Shown here: positions 24,058 through 31,644 of the stretch, piece by piece | Layout: each line of letters opens with the position of its first letter | How positions within the stretch are numbered: the first letter of the stretch is position 1 | Assembly (NCBI GenBank): GCA_942492995.1 | Contig: OW818653.1 | Coordinates: 1,260,001 to 1,292,000, forward strand | DNA: 32,000 nt | Origin: an uncultured Erysipelotrichaceae bacterium | Lineage (GTDB): Bacteria; Bacillota_I; Bacilli_A; Erysipelotrichales; Erysipelotrichaceae | Direction of reading: 5' to 3' | The notes under the pieces: generated by a model | Databases searched by the model: none | Told to the model about the DNA's origin: nothing | The model's input: only the letters and a program-made list of their open reading frames with translations | Program-made: the position numbers and the translations under genes

Positions 24058-25857
24058 ATGTCAACAACTTATAATCTTAAATTGCTTAGAGTCAATCTTA
24101 CTGAAGGAACAATCAAAACTGAAACTTTAGATGAAAAATTGGCTAAAAAATTCTTAGGGGGACGTGGTTTAGGCACTAAAATACTATTCGATGATGGTAT
24201 TGCTAAAGTAGATCCACTATCACCGGAAAACAAGCTTATCTTTATTAATGGACCATTAACTGGTGCTAATGTTCCAACTGGCGGACGTTATATGGTCGTC
24301 ACAAAATCACCTTTGAATAATATGATCGCAAGTTCAAACTCAGGTGGTGTTTGGGGTGCCCGTTTAAAATATGCTGGTTATGATGCACTAATTGTAGAAG
24401 GTAAAGCAAGTAAACCTGTTTATATTTCAATCGATGATGAAAAAGTAGAAATCAAAGATGCGAAAGAATTATGGGGCAAAACTTCTGAACATGTCGAAGA
24501 AACATTGAAAAAAGTTTATGGAGAAGAAGCTTCAGTCTTAAATATCGGTCCTGCAGGAGAAAATCTATCTCTAATGGCTGCGATTATTAATGAAGCGGAT
24601 CGTGCAGCTGGTAGAAGTGGTGTTGGAGCTGTTATGGGATCAAAATTACTAAAAGCTATCGTATGTAAATCAACTCGTACAGTTGTAGAACCTTTCGATA
24701 AAGAAGCATTACGTGAAACAGTTACTCATTCATTAAAACTTATTCGTGATAATGGTGTAACTGGAACTGGATTACCAACGTATGGTACTGCAGTATTAGT
24801 CAATATCATCAATAATATTGGTTCATTCCCAACTAAAAACTGGCAAGAATCAGAATTCGCAAATGCGGAACAAATCAGTGGCGAAACACTAAAAGAAAAA
24901 CATATCGTTAAACAAGGTTTCTGTCACCGCTGTCCTATCGGCTGTGGTCGTGTTATTAATCTAAATGGTAAAGTAGTTGGTGGTCCTGAATATGAACCAC
25001 TATGGGCTTATGGCGCAAACTGTGGTGTTGATAATTTAGAAGCCATCAATGAAGCAAACTATTGGGCTAATGAAATGGGTTTAGATGCGATTAGTTGCCC
25101 TACAACGATTGCGACTGCGATGGAATTGTATCAAAAAGGTTATATTAAAGAAGAAGACTGTGATGGCATACCTCTAGAATTTGGTAGTGCCAAGGCAATC
25201 GTAGAATGGACAAAACGCATTGGATTGGGACATAATAAATTAGCTAAATTAATGGCTCAAGGGTCATATCGTTTATGTGAAGCGTATGGTGTTCCTGAAC
25301 TTTCAATGTCTGTTAAGAAATTAGAAATGCCTGCATATGATGCACGTGGTATCCAAGGGATTGGTTTAAACTATGCGACATCAAATCGTGGTGGATGTCA
25401 TGTACGTGGCTATATGATTTCTCCTGAAATTTTAGGTCTACCTCAACTACTTGATCGTTTTGAAACTAAAGATAAAGCTATTTGGACTAAAACATTCCAA
25501 GATTTAACCGCTGTTATTGACTCAGCTGGTGTTTGTTTATTCACATCATTCGCATTGGGTGCACCAGAATATGCATCAATGATTAATGCGGCAACTGGCA
25601 CAACGTATACACCTGCTCAATTGCTTGAAGTTGGAGAACGTATCTATAATATTGAACGTTTATTTAACAAAGAAGCTGGTATGAAAGCAGAAGATGATCG
25701 TTTGCCAACACGTCTTATGAAAGAACCTATTCCTGCAGGTCCATCAAAAGGTGAAGTAAGTAAGTTGAACATTACATTGCCTGAGTATTACACTGTAAGA
25801 GGTTGGGTTAACGCATTCCCTACTGAGGAAACATTAAAACGTTTAGACTTACTCTAA
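24058..25857 (+). CDS. aor: Tungsten-containing aldehyde:ferredoxin oxidoreductase (AOR family)
   Basis: 599 aa from ATG 24058 (MSTTYNLKLLRVNLTEG...FLGGRGLG). 4Fe-4S ligands CHRCPIGCG, plus SNRGGCH and DSAGVCLF. The track ORF start at 23926 is an upstream artefact covering the leader. Confidence 0.9.
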   Translation: MSTTYNLKLLRVNLTEGTIKTETLDEKLAKKFLGGRGLGTKILFDDGIAKVDPLSPENKLIFINGPLTGANVPTGGRYMVVTKSPLNNMIASSNSGGVWGARLKYAGYDALIVEGKASKPVYISIDDEKVEIKDAKELWGKTSEHVEETLKKVYGEEASVLNIGPAGENLSLMAAIINEADRAAGRSGVGAVMGSKLLKAIVCKSTRTVVEPFDKEALRETVTHSLKLIRDNGVTGTGLPTYGTAVLVNIINNIGSFPTKNWQESEFANAEQISGETLKEKHIVKQGFCHRCPIGCGRVINLNGKVVGGPEYEPLWAYGANCGVDNLEAINEANYWANEMGLDAISCPTTIATAMELYQKGYIKEEDCDGIPLEFGSAKAIVEWTKRIGLGHNKLAKLMAQGSYRLCEAYGVPELSMSVKKLEMPAYDARGIQGIGLNYATSNRGGCHVRGYMISPEILGLPQLLDRFETKDKAIWTKTFQDLTAVIDSAGVCLFTSFALGAPEYASMINAATGTTYTPAQLLEVGERIYNIERLFNKEAGMKAEDDRLPTRLMKEPIPAGPSKGEVSKLNITLPEYYTVRGWVNAFPTEETLKRLDLL

Positions 25858-25872
25858 CCAATAAGGAGATTT

Positions 25873-26094
25873 ATGATTGAAGTTCGACTCTTTGCGTATT
25901 TTCGTGATAATAGAGGTAAAATTCTTCATTTAGATGCGCAAGAATTCCAAACTCCTCAAAGTATACTTAATCATCTTGGAATCGATATCAAAGATGTGGC
26001 TATATTATTAGTTAATGGTAGACATTCTAATGGTGAACATATTTTAAAGGATAGTGACATTGTCGCATTCTTCCCTCCTGTAGCAGGCGGATAA
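25873..26094 (+). CDS. moaD: MoaD/ThiS-family sulfur-carrier protein
   Basis: 73 aa ending in ...FFPPVAGG (C-terminal Gly-Gly). SD AAGGAG at 25862-25867. Confidence 0.8.
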   Translation: MIEVRLFAYFRDNRGKILHLDAQEFQTPQSILNHLGIDIKDVAILLVNGRHSNGEHILKDSDIVAFFPPVAGG

Positions 26095-26095
26095 T

Positions 26096-26133
26096 AAAAA
26101 GGTCTATAATCATTTAATTGGTTATAGACCTTT
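26096..26133. terminator. Bidirectional terminator between moaD and moeB
   Basis: AGGTCTATAA (26100-26109) pairs with TTATAGACCT (26122-26131). It is flanked by an A-run and a T-rich tract. The right arm overlaps the last moeB codons. Confidence 0.7.
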
Positions 26134-26940
26134 ATTATGTTTGGTACCACAAAGTATACATTCTTCATTTCTATTGATTTGAATTTCTTCAAATTCGCAA
26201 TCCAATCCATCGAATGTTAGTAATCTACCTAACATTAACTGTCCTGCATCTGTAATTAATTTAATTACTTCAAGCGCTTGGAGTGAACCGATAACACCGG
26301 TAATTGCGCCAAGTATACCAATTTCATTACAGGTTGGGAATTCATGACCTTCGTTATTATTTGGATATAAACAACGATAACACGGCGTTTGATCAGGGAT
26401 GATTGTTGTAAGTATTCCGCTAAATCCAACGACAGCCCCTTCTATAAGTGGCTTTTTTAGTTTATAACATGTGTCTGTTATTAAATAGCGAACTTTGATT
26501 GTATCTACCGCATCCACAATCACATCATATGTTTCAAATATTCCTTCAATATTATCTACTTTCAATTCAATATTATGTTCGATGATTTGTATATTGGGAT
26601 TTAAACGCGATAACTTTTCTTTTGCGGATACTGTTTTTAATGACTCCAAGTCATCAGATGAATGTAGAATCTGTCGATTTAAGTTAGAAAGCTTTATCAC
26701 ATCGTAATCCACAATTCCGAGTGTCCCAACACCAGCCGCAGCTAAATAGTAAAGGATTGGTGATCCAAGTCCTCCAGCTCCACAAACACATACTCTTGCG
26801 TTCTTTAATTTTTCTTGTCCCTCTATCCCAATATCTTTTAAAATCATTTGCCTATGATAACGTATAGAATCATTATTATTTAGTTTATCCATGTTCATAC
26901 CTTTAGATTCATTATAATTTTTAGTATTCTTTAAACTCAT
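26122..26940 (-). CDS. moeB: MoeB/ThiF-family adenylyltransferase (E1-like) for the sulfur carrier
   Basis: RYHRQMIL, GAGGLGSP (ATP loop), NLNRQIL, and zinc CxxC pairs (CYRC ... CILC). No C-terminal rhodanese domain. The start could also be the MNMDKL Met. Confidence 0.8.
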   Translation of the reverse strand: MSLKNTKNYNESKGMNMDKLNNNDSIRYHRQMILKDIGIEGQEKLKNARVCVCGAGGLGSPILYYLAAAGVGTLGIVDYDVIKLSNLNRQILHSSDDLESLKTVSAKEKLSRLNPNIQIIEHNIELKVDNIEGIFETYDVIVDAVDTIKVRYLITDTCYKLKKPLIEGAVVGFSGILTTIIPDQTPCYRCLYPNNNEGHEFPTCNEIGILGAITGVIGSLQALEVIKLITDAGQLMLGRLLTFDGLDCEFEEIQINRNEECILCGTKHNKGL

Positions 26941-26981
26941 TTTACACCATTAAAGTAATTGATTATACTTAATCGAACTAT

Positions 26982-27002
26982 AAAAAAAGCACTTTCGTGC
27001 TT
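26982..27002 (-). terminator. Intrinsic terminator downstream of cueP
   Basis: Minus strand reads AAGCAC-GAAA-GTGCTT followed by TTTTTTTA (plus-strand arms 26987-26992 and 26997-27002). Confidence 0.7.
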
Positions 27003-27094
27003 ATGTAAACATTCCCTATATAACCATACCAATTAGATGTAATTTCAAAAGGGGGAGTTTTGTATATCAATATGGTTTGTTAGGTAAATAGTGA

Positions 27095-27664
27095 TTAGAA
27101 TTTTATTGGTTCAAGTTTTAATGGTGTAGTAATACATGTATCACTTTCACTAAAGGTAGAGATAGGATATTCAACAGTCAAACCATCATAATCGACTTTT
27201 AATGTAGCTTTAATTCCTTTTGGCAACCATATTCCAATAAACCCATTATCCTGAGTAGTACGCTCTTCATCAATAATAATCTGATTGTTTTCATCGACAA
27301 TTCTAACTCTCATGGTTTGATTGAATATTTCACCACGACATGAAACTAAATTATGAATGGTACATGGGTGTACTTCATTAATATATGGTGCGATAGACAC
27401 AAAGAAAGAATCCGTAGGCAAGTCTAGACTATATTCCTTTTCATTATCATATAGAAATAGTTTATCTCCTGTAATTCGTGCCCCAACATGTGTAGGTTCA
27501 TCAATTCTTTGATCAAGATTATTCACTACTTCTTTAATTTCTGTATTTTCTAAATCAAGTTGTTTTAATACTTTGTTTACACCACTTGGTAACGAAAGAA
27601 ACCAAACTGATACGCTTATAAATACAATTCCTAAAATAATGATTAACCCAAGTTTATTTTTCAT
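27095..27664 (-). CDS. cueP: CueP-family metal (copper)-binding protein with an N-terminal membrane anchor
   Basis: 189 aa. FFVSIAPYINEVHPCTIHNLVSCRGE ... DNGFIGIWLPKG ... SDTCITTPL follows the pattern I recall for CueP (APY..xH.C..H.L..CRGE, NGFIG.WLP, D.TCIT). Confidence 0.7.
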   Translation of the reverse strand: MKNKLGLIIILGIVFISVSVWFLSLPSGVNKVLKQLDLENTEIKEVVNNLDQRIDEPTHVGARITGDKLFLYDNEKEYSLDLPTDSFFVSIAPYINEVHPCTIHNLVSCRGEIFNQTMRVRIVDENNQIIIDEERTTQDNGFIGIWLPKGIKATLKVDYDGLTVEYPISTFSESDTCITTPLKLEPIKF

Positions 27665-27696
27665 TGTTCAACCCTCATTTATAGTTTAAAGGTTGG

Positions 27697-27716
27697 ATAT
27701 GTAGAACTTATGAAGA
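27697..27716 (-). promoter_or_regulatory. Direct-repeat response-regulator box (a) upstream of cueP
   Basis: Minus strand reads TCTTCATAAGT TCTACATAT, two half-sites 11 bp apart. TTCTAC lies 17 nt upstream of TATAAA (27683-27678). It overlaps the HK stop codon. Confidence 0.55.
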
Positions 27717-29108
27717 TTGTTTAATTGGAAGTATTATCGTGAAAGTAGACCCAACATTTAACTCACTTTCAACTTTAATGGTTCCTTTATGTGCTTCAAC
27801 GAGTTGTTTAACAATGGTTAAACCAATACCACTACCTCCGCTCTCACGTGTCCTGGAAGAATCTACTCGATAGAAACGTTCAAATATATAAGGTAATGAT
27901 TCTTCTGGTATGCCTATACCTGTATCTGATATTTGAATTAAGATGTTATTGTCCATTTTATTAACATTGATTTTCAGTTTCGCATTTTCATTTGAGTAAT
28001 TATATGCATTCAAAATCAAGTTATATAGCACCTGATAAATTCGACTTCGATCAGCTTGGATATTAAGTGGTATTGAGTTTAGTTCGATTGAAATAGATTG
28101 ACTTGTTTGTTTGAACTCAAGTGATTTTAAACATTCCTTAATAAGTTCATTGATATCAAATTCAGTTAGTTCTAGCTTATTGGTTAATTGTTCAATCTGA
28201 GTTAATTGTTCTAAATCTTTCACAATTCTTGTCAATTGTAATATTTCATCATGAATGCTCTTTAATCGATTATCATCCATCTTAATAATTCCATCCATAA
28301 TAGCTTCAACACTTATTTGAAGTGTTGATAAAGGTGTTCTTAGTTCATGTGCTACATCTGAAGTAATTTGTTTCTTTATACGATCTTGTTCATAAAGATT
28401 TATCGATAAGTGATTTATCGAATCAATCAACTCACTAACTTCATTAATATTTGTTTTATATTCAATCTCACTTCCGTAATGTCCATTCGCAATATTCTTC
28501 GTCGCATCAATCGTCTTTAAGATTGGTCTACTAAGTGTCTTCGCAAAGAGCACACCAACAACTACACTTGATAATATGCTTGTTAATGCAATGATCAATA
28601 AAACTGATTGAAGTTGGTTAATAAATATTACATCATCCTCTTGATAGAAATAAGGTCCGAAATAACTAATTGTGACTTTGCCTACATCCGTATTTTTGTA
28701 CTCAAGCAAATAATCATATGACACAAATTCACCTTTTTGAGTTGGAAATTGCGTTAACATACGATGTGAAATATCATTTATCAACTGTACACAAGCACTC
28801 ATATCCCAAACTTCCGCATCCCAAATAGAACTATTCTCGTTATCATAGACTTTTATAATATAACCACTATATAACGCTAGCATGCCTACTTCATGTACTT
28901 TTTCATTATCCCAAGACGAACGATTAACATCATACTGTAGTGATACTTGGGCAATAATTTGATTAATTGTTTGCGTTTGTTTATCAATAATATAATCTTT
29001 GAATCGATCATGGATAAAATAGCTCGATATTGAACTTACTAATCCAACCGCAACTAAAACAGTTAATACAATAACAGATGTAAGTTTACGACTTAAAGAT
29101 TGTTTCAT
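27708..29108 (-). CDS. Sensor histidine kinase (two TM segments, ~140-aa extracytoplasmic loop, HAMP, HisKA, HATPase)
   Basis: H-box SDVAHELRTPLS, N-box LILNAYNYS, G-boxes DTGIGI and GGSGIGL. Confidence 0.9.
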   Translation of the reverse strand: MKQSLSRKLTSVIVLTVLVAVGLVSSISSYFIHDRFKDYIIDKQTQTINQIIAQVSLQYDVNRSSWDNEKVHEVGMLALYSGYIIKVYDNENSSIWDAEVWDMSACVQLINDISHRMLTQFPTQKGEFVSYDYLLEYKNTDVGKVTISYFGPYFYQEDDVIFINQLQSVLLIIALTSILSSVVVGVLFAKTLSRPILKTIDATKNIANGHYGSEIEYKTNINEVSELIDSINHLSINLYEQDRIKKQITSDVAHELRTPLSTLQISVEAIMDGIIKMDDNRLKSIHDEILQLTRIVKDLEQLTQIEQLTNKLELTEFDINELIKECLKSLEFKQTSQSISIELNSIPLNIQADRSRIYQVLYNLILNAYNYSNENAKLKINVNKMDNNILIQISDTGIGIPEESLPYIFERFYRVDSSRTRESGGSGIGLTIVKQLVEAHKGTIKVESELNVGSTFTIILPIKQSS

Positions 29109-29800
29109 GTTAAAGACCCGAATCGATAACCTAAACCAAATACTGTTTGTATGTACATTGGTTTCTTTGGATTATCTTCAATTTTATTTCTTAAATTTTT
29201 AATATGCGTATCGATTGTACGATCATAACCATCAAAATCTGATCCAAACGCATAATCTACCAATTCTACTCGATTAAATACTCTATTTGGATGATGGATT
29301 AATACAGTTAATAGACGAAATTCATTAGGGGTTAAATGTATTTCAACATTATTTTTAAGTACACTTTTCTTATTCAAATCAATCTCTAATCCTCCATCAA
29401 ATTTCATGATTTGATATAGTGGTAAAATGGATGATTCTGATCGTCTTAGTACTGTCTCAACACGCGCATTCAATTCTTTCAAACTAAATGGCTTTGTGAT
29501 ATAGTCATCTGCCCCAAGTTTCAATCCATCAATAATGTTTTCTTCTGTCGAACGTGCAGTTAACATAATAATCGGCACTCTCGAAAATTGTCGTATTGTT
29601 TGACATACTTGTTCACCACTTAATTTTGGAATCATTAAATCAAGTAACACTAATGAAAAAGTTAAGTCTTTTGCGAGTGCAACTGCGCTAACTCCATCAT
29701 GTGTAGTGACAATATTAAAACCTTGATGCTCGAAATTCGCTTTAAGTATTTCGACAAGTTTTATTTCATCTTCAACAATCAGGATTGTTTTATTTTCCAT
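29105..29800 (-). CDS. OmpR/PhoB-family response regulator
   Basis: Receiver domain ILIVEDE...LLDLMIP...TA and winged-helix C-terminus LTPNEFRLL...VFGLGYRF. Start moved to ATG 29800 (MENKTILIVEDE), preceded by GAGG. The 4-nt overlap with the HK gene suggests translational coupling. Confidence 0.9.
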   Translation of the reverse strand: MENKTILIVEDEIKLVEILKANFEHQGFNIVTTHDGVSAVALAKDLTFSLVLLDLMIPKLSGEQVCQTIRQFSRVPIIMLTARSTEENIIDGLKLGADDYITKPFSLKELNARVETVLRRSESSILPLYQIMKFDGGLEIDLNKKSVLKNNVEIHLTPNEFRLLTVLIHHPNRVFNRVELVDYAFGSDFDGYDRTIDTHIKNLRNKIEDNPKKPMYIQTVFGLGYRFGSLT

Positions 29801-29821
29801 TCGTATAACCTCATTTAATGC

Positions 29822-29850
29822 ATTAATGCCCAACTAGGTTGAGCATTAAT
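29822..29850 (-). other. 13-bp-arm hairpin/palindrome between the lipoprotein stop and the response-regulator SD
   Basis: ATTAATGCCCAAC (29822-29834) - TAG - GTTGAGCATTAAT (29838-29850), with one mismatch and no T-tract after it on the minus strand. Confidence 0.5.
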
Positions 29851-29880
29851 ACGATTTATAACTACACTTCAATTATTGAT

Positions 29881-30582
29881 TTATTTACCGTTAATATCAA
29901 ATGGTTTTAATAGTTTATCAACCATTACCATTTTACCGTTTTCATCCATTATCTCAACTTGTGCAAATACCCAACCTTCAACAGATTCAACATCAACACC
30001 AGCATCAACAAATGTCTGTGGATTTAATACAAACACAATATCTTTATCGTTAGTCGTAAAGTCTTTAGCCCATTCAAATACATTCCCATTACCGAAACTT
30101 AACCCATAATGATCAAGTGCTGCATGATAGCCCACTAAAGTAGGATCAATTCTGAATACTGATTCAAATGCTGGAACTACATCTTGAACATTAACGCCTT
30201 CATTCCCTAAATCATATCCAAATACAATCTTATTATCAACAAACATTCCTTCTGGCAATAAGGCAGTATCTAATCCTGCGTTAATAAAAGGTGTCGCTTC
30301 AATCTCCATTTTATAGTCGTATGGAGTTGTGAATGCGATGTCTGATGATATCGAGAATACAACTTGATTGTCTGGTGAAGTTAGTGTGTAAAATCTACTT
30401 TCATCTACAAGTTGGAAACTTACGTAATTCGCCATATCTCCAAACGCTATAATTGATGGATCTTTTTCATCAACTGGTGTTTCTACTACAGGTGTCTCTA
30501 CTACAGGTTCTTCATCTACCTTAGCAGTACATGCGCCTAATGTTAAAACTAACAAAATGGCTAAAATAATCATTCTTTTCAT
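29881..30582 (-). CDS. Uncharacterised lipoprotein (no family recognised)
   Basis: MKRMIILAILLVLTLGAC lipobox, then a PVVETPVVETPV linker. SD GAGGGAG lies 7 nt upstream. No motif that I can assign. Confidence 0.6.
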   Translation of the reverse strand: MKRMIILAILLVLTLGACTAKVDEEPVVETPVVETPVDEKDPSIIAFGDMANYVSFQLVDESRFYTLTSPDNQVVFSISSDIAFTTPYDYKMEIEATPFINAGLDTALLPEGMFVDNKIVFGYDLGNEGVNVQDVVPAFESVFRIDPTLVGYHAALDHYGLSFGNGNVFEWAKDFTTNDKDIVFVLNPQTFVDAGVDVESVEGWVFAQVEIMDENGKMVMVDKLLKPFDINGK

Positions 30583-30628
30583 GTTTTGTCTCCCTCAGTT
30601 TTCACTGCTTATAAACAATAACATAGAA

Positions 30629-30648
30629 ATATGTAGAACTTATGTAGA
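30629..30648 (-). promoter_or_regulatory. Direct-repeat response-regulator box (b) upstream of the lipoprotein gene
   Basis: Minus strand reads TCTACATAAGT TCTACATAT. TTCTAC lies 19 nt upstream of TATAAG (30613-30608). 16 nt are identical to box (a). Confidence 0.55.
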
Positions 30649-30683
30649 TATGCTTTTTTAGATATCATGCATAATTATGAATT

Positions 30684-30703
30684 CCTTCATAATTTCTACA
30701 TAA
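30684..30703 (+). promoter_or_regulatory. Direct-repeat response-regulator box (c) upstream of the micro-ORF
   Basis: Plus strand reads CCTTCATAATT TCTACATAA. TTCTAC lies 18 nt upstream of TAGAGT (30718-30723). Confidence 0.5.
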
Positions 30704-30743
30704 TATTTCGTTAGATTTAGAGTGTAAATAAGGAGGTGATTTA

Positions 30744-30839
30744 ATGTTAGGTTTAGCACTTGCGAATTGCATACATACTTGTGGACTACGTGGACAAGCA
30801 TTAGCTGATTGTATTCAAATGATGATTCATGGTATGTAG
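30744..30839 (+). CDS. Unannotated 31-aa Cys/His/Met-containing micro-protein
   Basis: Not in the ORF track. AAGGAGGTG (30729-30737) lies 6 nt before the ATG. Own translation: MLGLALANCIHTCGLRGQALADCIQMMIHGM, then stop. An in-frame TAA sits at 30729-30731. A dedicated terminator lies 27 nt downstream. Confidence 0.55.
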   Translation: MLGLALANCIHTCGLRGQALADCIQMMIHGM

Positions 30840-30865
30840 TCTTTATAAATATTAAGCGTTATAAG

Positions 30866-30897
30866 AAAAATTCATTCGTTTATAGAATGAATTTTTT
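30866..30897. terminator. Bidirectional intrinsic terminator (micro-ORF / SHOCT gene)
   Basis: AAAAATTCATTC (30866-30877) - GTTTATA - GAATGAATTTTT (30885-30896). The A-run and T-run form part of the arms. Confidence 0.8.
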
Positions 30898-30900
30898 AAT

Positions 30901-31632
30901 TTATTTAAGTGTACTTGTAATCTGTAAGAACTCTTCACGTGTGATTTCACCTCGTGCATAACGTTCTTTCGCAATATTCAACGCATTGTTAGTCGTTGGT
31001 TGACCTTGATTTCTATTATTAGAAGAAACTAAATAAACCACAGCCCCAATCACAATTGCGAATCCTAAGAATCCCATAAACATTCCTCCTGAACCAAAGT
31101 TCATCATTCGATTATTTCCATAGTCTTGTGCATAAGCAAAGCTATCATCATTACGATTATAGCGATAATTGCGACCCATCATTCCATAGTTTTGGTCTGT
31201 ATTATACCCATCATTACGATATCCACGCATCATTGGTCCAATTTGTCCATACGAATTGGTTTGATCATCACTATATCCATATTGCATAAATGTCATCATT
31301 GTAATTGGATAACCATTTAAATAATCAGCTCCAATTTGAGTATGCAAGTTGGTTAATGTTTCTGAATCATCACCACCATAATATTCATCAAGTGCTTCAT
31401 GTTGTTCAGAATCTCCAATATACGCTTCCATTACGGAATCACCAAGTTCTTCAAGTAATACTTCATCAACTAGATTAACATCAATCGCATCATTAACTGT
31501 AATCCCTAAATCAGTTCTAATTTCTGAAACAATTGCGTCAACTGAACGCATAGGTGTTTCTAATGCGCTAACACCAATAACAGTTGTTAATAGAAAAGCG
31601 ACAATAAACAATGAGGTTAATATTTTTTTCAT
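30901..31632 (-). CDS. Membrane protein: signal/anchor, acidic ectodomain, Met/Tyr/Asn/Gly-rich low-complexity tract, TM helix, C-terminal SHOCT domain
   Basis: 243 aa. The low-complexity tract reads MMTFMQYGY...GPMMRGYRNDGYNTDQNYGMMGRNYRYNRND...NNRMMNFGSGGMFMG. TM helix FLGFAIVIGAVVYLV. The SHOCT-like tail is AKERYARGEITREEFLQI. Confidence 0.65.
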   Translation of the reverse strand: MKKILTSLFIVAFLLTTVIGVSALETPMRSVDAIVSEIRTDLGITVNDAIDVNLVDEVLLEELGDSVMEAYIGDSEQHEALDEYYGGDDSETLTNLHTQIGADYLNGYPITMMTFMQYGYSDDQTNSYGQIGPMMRGYRNDGYNTDQNYGMMGRNYRYNRNDDSFAYAQDYGNNRMMNFGSGGMFMGFLGFAIVIGAVVYLVSSNNRNQGQPTTNNALNIAKERYARGEITREEFLQITSTLK

Positions 31633-31644
31633 TTATCTCCCTTC

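Noticed and set aside
23541-24130. Track ORFs 23541-23948 and 23936-24130 (plus strand)
   Set aside because: They are out-of-frame overlaps of the radical-SAM gene, the leader and aor. They are low-complexity, lack an SD and have no recognisable motifs, so they are likely spurious.
27051-27083. Strong SD-like GGGGGAG followed by an ATG at 27072
   Set aside because: The reading frame is only 3 codons (M-V-C-stop). An alternative TTG frame gives 7 codons. There is no plausible gene, and the region lies between the cueP stop and its terminator.
5796-31320. Antisense or overlapping shadow ORFs from the track (5796-6077, 6482-6688, 7362-7577, 7662-7901, 8847-9056, 10524-10775, 12476-12727, 16137-16328, 16778-17026, 18673-18888, 20069-20443, 20209-20439, 22270-22581, 25971-26210, 26495-26707, 29876-30109, 31126-31320)
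   Set aside because: Each lies entirely inside, or opposite, a well-supported gene with clear family motifs. Their compositions are typical of AT-rich antisense frames, with no SD sequences.
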